A stretch of 64,000 nucleotides of DNA, taken from a virus. Shown piece by piece: positions 1 to 8,404 of this stretch. The notes under the pieces were generated by a model. The model had not been told where the DNA came from. It saw nothing but the letters and a program-made list of their open reading frames with translations, and ran no database searches. Location of the stretch: positions 1 to 64,000 of IMG/VR virus record IMGVR_UViG_3300027151_000002; one strand, 5' to 3'. The first letter of the stretch is position 1. Every line of letters begins with the position of its first letter. A program made the position numbers and the translations under genes.

Positions 1-12
1 CTGTGCGCCCGC

Positions 13-234
13 ATGGCTGACGAGCTGGACCATTACCGGCAGCTTTTGATGGATGACCGACGCGAAGCACATGCGTTGGCGACAGAAGCCCGCGCCGCAC
101 TTGCTCAGCCCAAGCCGCCGAGCTTGAAGGAGCAGGCGCTTGCATTGATAAGCCACGATCCTGAGAATCAACCCTTCCTAAGTGAGAAGGGTATTGCGAT
201 CATCCGCCGCGCTCTTGAATCCCTGCCTGAGTAA
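13..234 (+). CDS. hypothetical phage protein (true start may lie before the window)
   Basis: ORF in a co-oriented run of small early genes. Confidence 0.6.
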   Translation: MADELDHYRQLLMDDRREAHALATEARAALAQPKPPSLKEQALALISHDPENQPFLSEKGIAIIRRALESLPE

Positions 235-239
235 GTACC

Positions 240-452
240 ATGACCCATCAGATTGAACCTGTCGAATTCATCAAACCTGATTTTGCTTACATCTATGCCA
301 AAGTTGCTAGGCATGTAGCAGCAGCTTATGCTGTATGCGGTTATGACGAACACGTTTTAGATAAAGAACTTCGATTGGCAATGGAAGCTATTGAATTGTT
401 TGAAAAAGCAAGCATGACCATTTACTCTGTTATTCCTAATCCTAAGAATTAG
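240..452 (+). CDS. hypothetical protein
   Basis: ATG ORF tightly packed between neighbours. Confidence 0.6.
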   Translation: MTHQIEPVEFIKPDFAYIYAKVARHVAAAYAVCGYDEHVLDKELRLAMEAIELFEKASMTIYSVIPNPKN

Positions 453-476
453 TAGTCAACATCATTTCTCTTCCTC

Positions 477-719
477 ATGACAAAACTTACACCCGCTGCA
501 GAAGCAGTCCACAATGCTTTTTGGTCTGGGCATGAGTATCCAGATAGTCTCAGCAATGAAGATCTTGCTGCTGCTCTTCGTGCTGCAGTTGATGAGGTGA
601 TCTCGCCTGTACCACCACCTTGTTCAGATTCTGATGAATACCAACGAGGTTTTCTAGCCGCTCACATTAAATATCGAACGCTACTCCTTATTCTTGCCGA
701 CGAACTAGAAACCCAGTAG
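477..719 (+). CDS. hypothetical cyanophage protein
   Basis: ATG ORF; LTPAAEAV...AAALRAAVD...LADELE pattern resembles small cyanophage proteins. Confidence 0.65.
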   Translation: MTKLTPAAEAVHNAFWSGHEYPDSLSNEDLAAALRAAVDEVISPVPPPCSDSDEYQRGFLAAHIKYRTLLLILADELETQ

Positions 720-782
720 TCCGATCAACTAATCATCAATTATCAGGATTTCCAATAAACGCCATTTATCAAGAATCCTGCT

Positions 783-808
783 AAAGCCCCGTAAGGGGCT
801 TTTTCTTT
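783..808 (+). terminator. intrinsic terminator
   Basis: AAAGCCCC-gtaa-GGGGCTTT followed by a T-rich tail. Confidence 0.75.
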
Positions 809-1077
809 GCCCAAGTGGTATCGCCAGGAAGAGGTTCAGTGGCATATTCAAACGTATCGTAATCTGGCTCATTGCGAGGATCATACATTTCCCCGCTTGC
901 CATCCATCGCTTAAGCCTTTCCCTTTCCTGCTCTGCAGAAAGCTTCATGATCGGCTGATCTTGTATTGGTCGAGTCTAGCTAGCAAGGTATGAGAGCTTG
1001 TTGCACAAGCTCCCACTGTGCAACAGTGGCCAAGCAAAAGAAAAGGGGCCTTACAGCCCCTTTTCTTCACACCCTCC

Positions 1078-1184
1078 GATGCCCCTTTCCCTAAAGATAC
1101 AAGGGAGATGATGCGCCTCGCAGGAGACCATGCAAAAACTCCTTGGCTAAGCCATACGGCTTTGCCCGCATCATCAGAGGCGTC
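1078..1184 (+). ncRNA. candidate structured RNA (multi-branch)
   Basis: nested stems: GATGATGCG 1107-1115 / CGCATCATC 1167-1175; AGGAG/CTCCT; AAGCC/GGCTT; outer stem 1078-1086 / 1176-1184; intergenic. Confidence 0.35.
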
Positions 1185-1354
1185 CACCCTCACGGCTCGC
1201 CCAAAGACGAGAGCAGCAATTAAGCCGCTAGGACCGAGTGCTTCAAAAGCATAACACACCTCGTCGGCTCGGCAGCAACGATTGAATTCATGGCACAATG
1301 GGCATTGCCTTGTCGGAGACGACTTGGCCCTCGCTAGTTCTTTCGTACTATTTG

Positions 1355-1705
1355 ATGAAACGTTTCCTTTTCTCCCTCCTGCTGCTCTGCCCCTTACAAG
1401 CGCAAGCAGCAACACTCCAATGTGGTCGCGCCTCGCACTACGGCATTGGCGACGGTTATCACGGACAACGAGCTGCTAACGGCTCTCGCTTTGACGCTTA
1501 CGCCCTCACTGCTGCTCACCCCTGGCTTCCATTTGGCACAAAAGTGCTGGTAAAGAATCGCAACAATGGAAAGTCAGTGGTAGTGACAATCAATGATCGA
1601 GGCCCATACTACGGGGGCCGCATCTTGGACTTGTCCTACGGCAGCTTCTCTCGCATTGCTTCTCCTTCTCAAGGCGAAGCCTCCATCTGCATTTCAAAGC
1701 TATGA
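1355..1705 (+). CDS. rlpA: RlpA-like septal ring lytic transglycosylase (DPBB fold) with signal peptide
   Basis: ASHYG...G.RAANG..FD...[36 protein letters not shown]; hydrophobic N-terminus ending AQA. Confidence 0.9.
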   Translation: MKRFLFSLLLLCPLQAQAATLQCGRASHYGIGDGYHGQRAANGSRFDAYALTAAHPWLPFGTKVLVKNRNNGKSVVVTINDRGPYYGGRILDLSYGSFSRIASPSQGEASICISKL

Positions 1706-1899
1706 AAGACGCAGCTTCATTCCTGCTAGTGAGCCTGATCTTTGGGCTCGGTGCTTTTGCCATTGCAGCCTCCCCCAATGTGCTCCCTAACAAGGAAGGC
1801 CTTGACAAGTGCATGCAGCTCCACCCTGAGCGCTACTGCCGCATTGCCAACGGCTTCCCCGTGGAAAGGCTTGACAGCCCGGTTCAACTGAGCCTATAG
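1702..1899 (+). CDS. small membrane-anchored hypothetical protein
   Basis: ATGA overlap with rlpA; N-terminal hydrophobic helix. Confidence 0.6.
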   Translation: MKDAASFLLVSLIFGLGAFAIAASPNVLPNKEGLDKCMQLHPERYCRIANGFPVERLDSPVQLSL

Positions 1900-1900
1900 T
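1871..1900 (+). promoter_or_regulatory. sigma70-type promoter
   Basis: TTGACA-N18-TATAGT upstream of the 1978 ORF. Confidence 0.65.
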
Positions 1901-1977
1901 TCCCTCGGTCGATGGGAAAGGAGCCTCGCAAGAGGCTCCCCCTTTCTTCCTCGTTCCTTCGCTGGCGACAGCTCCTC

Positions 1978-2256
1978 ATGGACAAAACCAACAAGATCAA
2001 ACAATTCATTTTCAATGCTGGTCACAGCATTGTTTCAGTGGAATTCATCAAGGCTGATGGCTCCATTCGCAAGCTTTGCTTTAATCCTTGGGACACCAAG
2101 GAAATCAAGGGCACTGGCACGGCAGTAAAGAAGCCCAACATTGTCCGCTGTCGTGATTTCTCCATTGCTCGTAAAGAAGGAGAAGGTGCTTGGCGTTCGT
2201 TTGATTGCGAGCGCGTGGTCAGCATCAAAGCCAACGGTCAAACCCTCGTCTTCTGA
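1978..2256 (+). CDS. DUF2693/WYL_2-like SH3 beta-barrel protein
   Basis: VEFIKADGSIR...WRSFD.ERV motif. Confidence 0.7.
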   Translation: MDKTNKIKQFIFNAGHSIVSVEFIKADGSIRKLCFNPWDTKEIKGTGTAVKKPNIVRCRDFSIARKEGEGAWRSFDCERVVSIKANGQTLVF

Positions 2257-2259
2257 ACC

Positions 2260-2466
2260 ATGCCTCTCACAAAAACGCAACAGGCTATTGCCAGAATGGT
2301 TTCTGACAATGCAAAACATAAGTGGAAAGATTACAGCGCAAATGATCGTTCTTCTGCTCGCAGTTTTATTCTTTCCCGCATTAATAAGCCCGCTTATAAA
2401 AAGAAACGCGATTTGCTAATTACGCTTGCAGATGCTCTGCAAGATGACATTTGGAAAGTGCTTTAA
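2260..2466 (+). CDS. hypothetical protein
   Basis: ATG ORF in operon. Confidence 0.6.
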   Translation: MPLTKTQQAIARMVSDNAKHKWKDYSANDRSSARSFILSRINKPAYKKKRDLLITLADALQDDIWKVL

Positions 2467-2657
2467 TGGGGACGCAAGACAATAGGCGAGCAGTATTTGC
2501 TTTGGCCGCAAAATATGACTTTGTCCTTCATCGCGAAAAAAGACATTATGTTTTCAAACATCCTTCCGGTAAAATATTTTGCACAAGTAAAAGTACTTTA
2601 GACAAGCGTTTTCTAAGAAACGTTGAAAGCTTTATTAAGCGAGTCTTGTCTTCGTAA
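2466..2657 (+). CDS. HicA-like small dsRBD-fold protein
   Basis: 63 aa; FVLHREKRHYVFKHPSG...TSKS..D.R..RN pattern. Confidence 0.55.
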   Translation: MGTQDNRRAVFALAAKYDFVLHREKRHYVFKHPSGKIFCTSKSTLDKRFLRNVESFIKRVLSS

Positions 2658-2659
2658 CG

Positions 2660-2710
2660 GTTTGTGACAAAGGGGCCTCGTGGCCCCTTTCTTCTGTATT
2701 GTTCCCTTGT
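2660..2710 (+). promoter_or_regulatory. repeated early promoter/stem-loop cassette, copy 1
   Basis: TTTGTGAC - GC hairpin - TATTGTTCCCT. Confidence 0.6.
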
Positions 2711-2724
2711 TCGCGCTTCAAACC

Positions 2725-3045
2725 ATGGCAACCATTCCAACTATTCATCTCAACGGCACTGGCGCCACCACACTGCGTGATGAATACGCTGCTGCTTACG
2801 ATGCCATTGGTAAGGCAGTAGATGCGCTCGTAGCAGCCACGTGTAACGCTCGCGATTTCTATCCACAAGGCACTGACGCCTACTACAAAGCTCGCGATGA
2901 AAGAGCAGAGGCTTTCGATAAGCTTCGCCAGGCGCAACACTATGTAGGCGAAATGTTAATGGGCATTTGTGATCAATGCCCTGAAGCCAGAGCTGAGCTA
3001 GGCTTCACGAGGCCTAGCTCTCACAGCGTGCTCCGTCGCTCGTAA
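2725..3045 (+). CDS. hypothetical phage protein
   Basis: ATG ORF after cassette; PTIHLNGT...NARDFYPQG pattern. Confidence 0.7.
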   Translation: MATIPTIHLNGTGATTLRDEYAAAYDAIGKAVDALVAATCNARDFYPQGTDAYYKARDERAEAFDKLRQAQHYVGEMLMGICDQCPEARAELGFTRPSSHSVLRRS

Positions 3046-3083
3046 CGCCCCACAAAGAAATTGTTGGGAACATTCATCTTATC

Positions 3084-3293
3084 ATGCCTTTTCCCATTGG
3101 CACCCTCGTTGATCTCTACGATTTTGGCTTCAAGCAATGGCGAGGAGAATACACCGTCGTAAAGATCACGGAGACTGGCCTGCATAAAATCAAAAACACA
3201 AAAACCAATAGCCAGCAGTTTGTCAAGGAAAAAGCTCTACGCATGGGCAGGCTCGCCCCGTTTCGCATTGAGAGCCTTTATGACGGTTTGTAA
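3084..3293 (+). CDS. hypothetical protein (SH3-like)
   Basis: ATG ORF, beta-rich. Confidence 0.6.
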   Translation: MPFPIGTLVDLYDFGFKQWRGEYTVVKITETGLHKIKNTKTNSQQFVKEKALRMGRLAPFRIESLYDGL

Positions 3294-3350
3294 CAGGCCT
3301 CGATAGAGGCCCTGCCATGCCGTATAGTTCTTCTCACAGGCGGAGACGCC
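3287..3350 (+). promoter_or_regulatory. repeated early promoter/stem-loop cassette, copy 2
   Basis: TTTGTAAC - hairpin - TATAGTTCTTCTCA - hairpin. Confidence 0.6.
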
Positions 3351-3371
3351 TCCTCTAACCAACCATCCACC

Positions 3372-3758
3372 ATGACTCTCATCGCTCCTCCTCTCCAAGG
3401 CACCCAGCTCCAGCCAGGTACCATCCTTTCCAGTTCCTGGGGCTATTCCATGACCATCGTGGATTTCTACGTGGTGGTGCGCTGCACAGAGAAGACTGCC
3501 TGGGTGCAGCAGATCGAGAGCCATGAAGTGGACAAAGGCCCTGCTGGTGGCTACGCAGTGCCCGAACTCACTCGCAAGCCAAAGCTGGTCTTCCAGAATC
3601 GTGCCGATGGTGAAGGCGGTGAGCTGGTAGTGGCGCCTGTCAAGAGTTTCCGCATCAAATGCCACAGCGATGGTGAAGAGTGGCTGTGGAACAGCAAGCT
3701 CCAACGCACCATGCGCATCTGGAGCGGTAAGCAGATCTACAGCAACCACTGGGACTGA
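3372..3758 (+). CDS. hypothetical phage protein
   Basis: G.IL.SSWGYSMT.VDFY.VV motif typical of a widespread phage early family. Confidence 0.75.
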   Translation: MTLIAPPLQGTQLQPGTILSSSWGYSMTIVDFYVVVRCTEKTAWVQQIESHEVDKGPAGGYAVPELTRKPKLVFQNRADGEGGELVVAPVKSFRIKCHSDGEEWLWNSKLQRTMRIWSGKQIYSNHWD

Positions 3759-3760
3759 CC

Positions 3761-3847
3761 TTTGTAACGAAATATCAACGCCAGCAGCGGGGCCGTAAGG
3801 CCCTGCTTTGCCATGCTGTATAGTTCTCTCATGAGCGGCGACGCTCC
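3761..3847 (+). promoter_or_regulatory. repeated early promoter/stem-loop cassette, copy 3
   Basis: TTTGTAAC ... hairpin - GCCATGCTGTATAGTTCTCTCATGA - hairpin. Confidence 0.6.
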
Positions 3848-3865
3848 TCGTTTAAGGAACCAACC

Positions 3866-4156
3866 ATGACCTCCTATTCCATCCTCTGCACCAACTCCAG
3901 CAATGGCGGTCAGTGCGAGCTTCTCATTGATGCTGCTTCTCCCGAGCAGGCTCAGCAGCACGTTGCAGATTCCCGCCCCTCCTACATCATCAAAACCATT
4001 GAGCCTGTAGAGCGTAAGTTCGTCTGCTATGGCTTCTGCCGTAGAAATCAGCGCAACGACGCTCTTGGCTATATCACTTTTTCTGCTGAGCAAGCACGTT
4101 CCATTTGCCAGCAGCTCCACCCTGACTTCGCCATTGATCGCGTTGAGCTTGCGTGA
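3866..4156 (+). CDS. hypothetical protein with internal duplication
   Basis: two similar halves (..SPEQAQQH..DSRP.Y.I..IE / ..SAEQARSI..QLHP.F.I..VE). Confidence 0.7.
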   Translation: MTSYSILCTNSSNGGQCELLIDAASPEQAQQHVADSRPSYIIKTIEPVERKFVCYGFCRRNQRNDALGYITFSAEQARSICQQLHPDFAIDRVELA

Positions 4157-4159
4157 AGC

Positions 4160-4225
4160 TTTGTAACGACGGGGCCGATCACGGCCCCTTTCGGACTATT
4201 GTTCTCTCATGAAGCGCGAGCTTCC
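4160..4225 (+). promoter_or_regulatory. repeated early promoter/stem-loop cassette, copy 4
   Basis: TTTGTAAC - hairpin - TATTGTTCTCTCATGA - hairpin. Confidence 0.6.
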
Positions 4226-4242
4226 CTCGATTTTTTAAAACC

Positions 4243-4443
4243 ATGAGCACCCTGCCTCTCGCCACCCACACCTACGCCGTCACCATCGAGCACCGTTACG
4301 GCGACATCTATCTGAACTGGCAAACCATTAACCTTGATGCCACTAGCGAAGAAGAAGCTAAAACGCTGGCTGAGCATCGTTTTCCTGAATCCTGGAACGT
4401 GAAGGCTATTCGTGCTGTCCGTCATGAATGGGCTGCGCTCTGA
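4243..4443 (+). CDS. hypothetical protein
   Basis: ATG ORF after cassette. Confidence 0.65.
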   Translation: MSTLPLATHTYAVTIEHRYGDIYLNWQTINLDATSEEEAKTLAEHRFPESWNVKAIRAVRHEWAAL

Positions 4444-4466
4444 TTTCTCTTGTTTCTCCTTTGATC

Positions 4467-4691
4467 ATGCCTTTTCCTATTTCTTTCGTTTCTGAAGATG
4501 AATATGGAGTGTCTTATACAGCACGCACATTCCATTCCGTTGAAGAACTACACGATGAAATCAGAGCTTTAGAAGAACTGCTTGATGAAAGCTCAGTCGG
4601 CAGGGGCTATGTCATCCAGGTAGCTCTAGACCAGCTCAAACAACTTGCCCACGAAATCGAAGACGAGCCCCTTCCCACTTGCGACCAATGA
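4467..4691 (+). CDS. acidic hypothetical protein
   Basis: ATG ORF, overlaps next gene at ATGA. Confidence 0.6.
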   Translation: MPFPISFVSEDEYGVSYTARTFHSVEELHDEIRALEELLDESSVGRGYVIQVALDQLKQLAHEIEDEPLPTCDQ

Positions 4692-4990
4692 TCACTACCA
4701 TCCGTACCTACCAAGACAACGGCCCGTATTTCTCCTGCACAAGAGGCAGCTACCAAGCTGCCTCGCTCCAGCAGCTCATCTTCCACGTGAGACAGGCGAT
4801 GGAGGACCGTGAGCACGTCATTGGCATTTACGGCCCCGATGGGGCCTGCAAGGGCATCTGGCAGCTCGATATTGAAGGGCACGTGGACAGTGCTGGCGAT
4901 ACCATCGTGGATCACGAGGCCTATGAACTGCTCAGGCCCAGCACCAAGAGCAAATGGGCCTGGGAGTTCCTGCAGAGGCAATTGGCTTAA
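4688..4990 (+). CDS. hypothetical protein
   Basis: ATG ORF in operon. Confidence 0.65.
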   Translation: MITTIRTYQDNGPYFSCTRGSYQAASLQQLIFHVRQAMEDREHVIGIYGPDGACKGIWQLDIEGHVDSAGDTIVDHEAYELLRPSTKSKWAWEFLQRQLA

Positions 4991-5014
4991 TTATTTCATT
5001 GGAGACGATTAATC

Positions 5015-5173
5015 ATGATTCTCATTGATTTCTTTGATGAAGCCTCTTGCAAAGGCACTGAACTCATTGAAGGCTGGTATTTCTACGATGATTCTGATGA
5101 TTCAGTGGTAGGAGGGCCTTTTTCCAATGAAGAAGCCGCCATAAAGGCGGCGTTTGATGGGCACGGCTGGTGA
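5015..5173 (+). CDS. small acidic hypothetical protein (52 aa; not in ORF track)
   Basis: GGAG RBS; MILIDFFDE...GWYFYDD...GGPFSNEEAAIKAA. Confidence 0.6.
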   Translation: MILIDFFDEASCKGTELIEGWYFYDDSDDSVVGGPFSNEEAAIKAAFDGHGW

Positions 5174-5174
5174 T

Positions 5175-5246
5175 GTATCTGGGGTCCGGCTGGAAGCGTA
5201 TAGGGTCCGGCTAGCTCCGTATCTAGGGTCCGGCTAGGGGCGTATC
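5175..5246. repeat. three direct repeats GTAT(CT)RGGGTCCGGCT
   Basis: GGGTCCGGCT at 5182, 5203 and 5226. Confidence 0.85.
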
Positions 5247-5989
5247 ATGGTTTCTTCACATTGTTTCATAACGCTACCGTTTTATGCTTTTATGCGCATA
5301 ACCGCATAGTAGTGCGTCTGTACTATAGTACACCTGTATTTGTGCCAATCTTCGGATCGTCCCTGATTATGATACGTACCAGTATCGGCAGCCGCCTGCG
5401 ATCCGCAGCCGTATCGGCAAGCGGTCCTGATCTGCGTTCGTAGCAGCTCACGCCAGTGATCACGATCGTGATCAGCCAGCCACTGCCGTTCTGCGTTGGT
5501 AGCGGCCTGCGCCAGTGATCAGCATTTTGATCAGCCAGCCCTACCGTTCCGCGTTCGTGCGGCCTGCGCAGCGTGATCAGCAGCGCAGGCCCTGGCCCCA
5601 ATCGTTCCGCATCCGCAACGTCAGGCGGGGCCGTTCCGCATCGATGCCAGCCCCTGGCCTTTGTTCCGCATCCGCACGGCCTGCCCCTGCTGATCAGCAG
5701 CACGACCCCCAGGCCGTGCCCTTCCGCATCCGCATCAATGGACGGCGTGCCGATTGGCCTAGTTGCCAAAGCGGCAGGCGATGCCGTACGTGCGTGCGCG
5801 ATCATCTCTTTTTTGCTTTGCACGGCATGGCAGGCGCTGGCCCGTACCATCCCGCAGGGGCCAAAGCCCCTAGCTAGTAGGCCACCTATGGGAGTGGCCT
5901 AGTTGCCCCTGGCTTTACCTTGCCTGCTAGGGGCTGCAGGCCTTTTAATGGGGGCACTGGCGCGAGCCAGCCCCTTTGCACTTGAAACC

Positions 5990-7639
5990 ATGCCCGCCAA
6001 CACCGCTCCCGCTGGCCCCGCCGCCTATCTGCAGGCCGTGGCCACCAAAGCCACCAAGGCCCAAGGCCTGAAGCGCCCAACCCTGACAGCCCTGCAGCAG
6101 GCCGCCAAAGCCCTGGCCCTGCCCGTCCACATCAGTTACGCCACGTACGGCTACCACGTGCGCTGCGGCGACTGCTTGAGCCCTGCCAGCAACCTGGCTG
6201 AGGTTGCCGCATGCATGCTGCGCAGCCTTGAAAAGGCCTGGGCTGTCAAGCCTGTAGCCCGTGGCCCTCTCCTGCCAGGCGAGGCCCCTGCAGCCCCTGC
6301 CCACACGCTGCGCAGCCCTGCCGAGCGTGTGGCCGATGAGATCCTGGAAGCGCTGGCCGAGCTAAGCGCACGGCCTGAGCCCGAACTACCCGAACTGCCC
6401 ACGCGTTTCACGTGCCGGCCTGGCCAGGGTCAAACCGAACCCTGGGCCAAGCTGCAGCCAATGGTCACGTACAGCCAGCCCCAGCAGCAGCCTCAGCAGG
6501 CCCCTGCCCCTGTAGTGGCCCCTGGCCCCCAGGCCCGTAAGACGGCCCCAGCCCGCTTGCCTGCTGACGTGGCCTCGCTGCTAGCGCGCTTTGGCCTCAG
6601 CCTTGACGGCCTGCTGACTGAGGGCCTCTCCAATGCCAAGCTTGCCAAAGGCGCAGCCCTGGCCTGGCCCGTGATCCTCCACCACCTGCCCGCCAAAGCC
6701 CTGGCCCAGGCCGTGGCCGGGGCAAAGCCTGGCCCCACGGCCCCACGCTCCCGCATCGATGGCCTGCAGGCCCTGGCTGAACGCGAGGGCATCCTGAGCC
6801 TGGCCCTGGCCCATAACGGCTGCCCTTGGGCGTCCGCTGGCTGCGCCGCTGGCTGCCTAGCCTGGGCGGGCCATGGCGGGATGAGCGCCACGGTCGCGGC
6901 TGCCCGTGCCCGCCGTACCCTTGCCTACCTGGCTGATCCTGCCGCCTATGGTCGGGCTGTGCTTTGGGCCATCGCCAGGGCCTGGGGCCGTGCCCAGGCC
7001 AAAGGCCTGCCCCTGGCCGTGCGCCTGCGCGGCACTGACGACCTGGCCTGGCATCTGCAAAGGGTGACCGTCAGCCCTGCAGAAGCTCAAAGCCTGGCCC
7101 GCCGGTACGGCCTGCCCGTGGCCCCTGGCCGTGGCCAAACCCTGGCCGAAGCCCTCAGCCTGGCCCCTGCAGGCACCATCCGACTGTACGAATACAGCAA
7201 AGCCCCTGTAACCGGCCCCCAGGGCCTGCAGGCCCAACGTTCCGCAGGATGGGACACCACAGCTAGCCTCGCTGCTGATCGCCCGGACGGCCTCTCGCAT
7301 GCCCTGGCAGCAGTCGGCGCAGGGTTCCGCCTAGCCGTGCCCGTGGCCCTGCCCAAAGGCTCAGCCCTGCCCGAAGCCCTGCTGTTGCGTGTGCATCCTG
7401 AGGCCGGCGTGTGGCGCTTGAAGTGCATCGATGGCGACGTGACAGATCACCGCTGGGCTGATCCTGCAGGCCCTCAGCCCGGCGGCTTTGATGGCGTGGC
7501 AGTGATCCTGCGCACCAAGACAAGCCGGGGCCGTGGCCCTGAGGCTGCAGCGTTCAGCCTTGCCCCTTCCTTTGGCACGTGGCAGCCCCTGGCCGGTGGT
7601 GGTGAGGCTGCCCTGAGCGCCACCACGTGGGAGGGCTGA
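5990..7639 (+). CDS. Gp88-like protein with Cys cluster and long N-terminal extension
   Basis: NAKLAK...CPWASAGCAAGCL..GHGG...RLRGTDD...YEYSK...DGD.TD.R..DP; very GC-rich. Confidence 0.7.
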   Translation: MPANTAPAGPAAYLQAVATKATKAQGLKRPTLTALQQAAKALALPVHISYATYGYHVRCGDCLSPASNLAEVAACMLRSLEKAWAVKPVARGPLLPGEAPAAPAHTLRSPAERVADEILEALAELSARPEPELPELPTRFTCRPGQGQTEPWAKLQPMVTYSQPQQQPQQAPAPVVAPGPQARKTAPARLPADVASLLARFGLSLDGLLTEGLSNAKLAKGAALAWPVILHHLPAKALAQAVAGAKPGPTAPRSRIDGLQALAEREGILSLALAHNGCPWASAGCAAGCLAWAGHGGMSATVAAARARRTLAYLADPAAYGRAVLWAIARAWGRAQAKGLPLAVRLRGTDDLAWHLQRVTVSPAEAQSLARRYGLPVAPGRGQTLAEALSLAPAGTIRLYEYSKAPVTGPQGLQAQRSAGWDTTASLAADRPDGLSHALAAVGAGFRLAVPVALPKGSALPEALLLRVHPEAGVWRLKCIDGDVTDHRWADPAGPQPGGFDGVAVILRTKTSRGRGPEAAAFSLAPSFGTWQPLAGGGEAALSATTWEG

Positions 7640-7641
7640 TC

Positions 7642-7779
7642 ATGCTGCCCTTACAGCCCAGTCTGGCCCACGATCGCGATGCCGATCTCATCGACTGGCT
7701 GATCGCAGAAGGCATCGATCCCGATACGTTTGAGCCCGATCCTGAAGACCTGCAGCCCTACTGGCTGATCGACGACTAA
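7642..7779 (+). CDS. very acidic 45-aa protein (not in ORF track)
   Basis: GGAGG RBS; MLPLQPSLAHDRDADLIDWLIAEGIDPDTFEPDPEDLQPYWLIDD. Confidence 0.6.
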   Translation: MLPLQPSLAHDRDADLIDWLIAEGIDPDTFEPDPEDLQPYWLIDD

Positions 7780-7920
7780 AGGCCCCTAGGTTGATCGCTC
7801 CTAACTGCCCCTGCCACTAGGTGGGGGCTTTGCTTTGCCGTGGTTTGGGGATCATCAGGAATTTGGGAGCGCTTACCACACTTCGAGCCCCTTTGGGGCT
7901 TTTGTTACGATTTGCAAAAG

Positions 7921-7936
7921 TGTATCCGTTGCTACA
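7921..7936. promoter_or_regulatory. NtcA-type palindrome
   Basis: TGTA-TCCGTTGC-TACA (GTA-N8-TAC) in an intergenic region. Confidence 0.45.
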
Positions 7937-8031
7937 GCGCAGTAGCAGGGAAGTTTAAGCGTGGGGGGCTGCGGTATCTCCCTCAAAAAGTGGCGCCATT
8001 TTTCATCTACTTTTTAGTATTTATGTCTAGA

Positions 8032-8062
8032 CAAAACAAAAGCCCCGGAGGGGGCTTTGTTG
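8032..8062 (-). terminator. intrinsic terminator ending the guide-array transcript (possibly bidirectional)
   Basis: minus strand AAAGCCCCCTCCGGGGCTTTTGTTTTGT, 3 nt after the last unit. Confidence 0.75.
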
Positions 8063-8064
8063 AT

Positions 8065-8378
8065 GCTTAGAACACTTCCTGAGAACAGAGCGGGTCTGTA
8101 AGCAGCCTTAAAACTAAGCAATGGAGGAGCTAAAAGTCGTCTTAAGAACGGAGCGTGGTCCGAAATGCGTTCTGAAATCAGCGTAATGATGAGCCAGAAA
8201 ACATCCTGAAGACAAGACGATGCTTGTAAGCTGAACTAAAACTGGCGAAAGAGAAGAGCCTGGAAGAAGAGTTAAAAACGGAGCGTGTCCGTAAAACTGG
8301 ATGAGACCAGGCAAGAGGAGGCAAAGCTGAAAGAACACCTAAGACCAAGATGAGCTTGGAAGCGTCACTGAAATCAGC
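8065..8378 (-). ncRNA. array of five dual-guide stem-loop RNA units (TIGR/bridge-RNA-like)
   Basis: units at 8326-8378, 8258-8312, 8193-8246, 8129-8182 and 8065-8119; each is outer stem + YYTYA-N7-TT + hairpin + YYTYA-N7-TT + outer stem; stems covary between units. Confidence 0.88.
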
Positions 8379-8390
8379 GTTTGCCTATGC

Positions 8391-8396
8391 AGTATA
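8391..8396 (-). promoter_or_regulatory. putative -10 element for the array
   Basis: TATACT-N6-GCAAAC-N-CTGA; same geometry as at the stand-alone unit. Confidence 0.55.
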
Positions 8397-8404
8397 GCTT
8401 GCTT

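Noticed and set aside
5261-5902. ORFs 5261-5443, 5323-5850, 5515-5877 and 5573-5902
   Set aside because: Mutually overlapping, low-complexity translations of a GC-rich repeat tract, with no RBS or recognisable motif.
7840-8338. ORFs 7840-8070 and 8114-8338
   Set aside because: They overlie a terminator and the RNA array and have no protein-like features.
8065-8378. CRISPR array
   Set aside because: No invariant direct repeat, variable parts are only 7 nt and no cas genes are present; conservation is structural.
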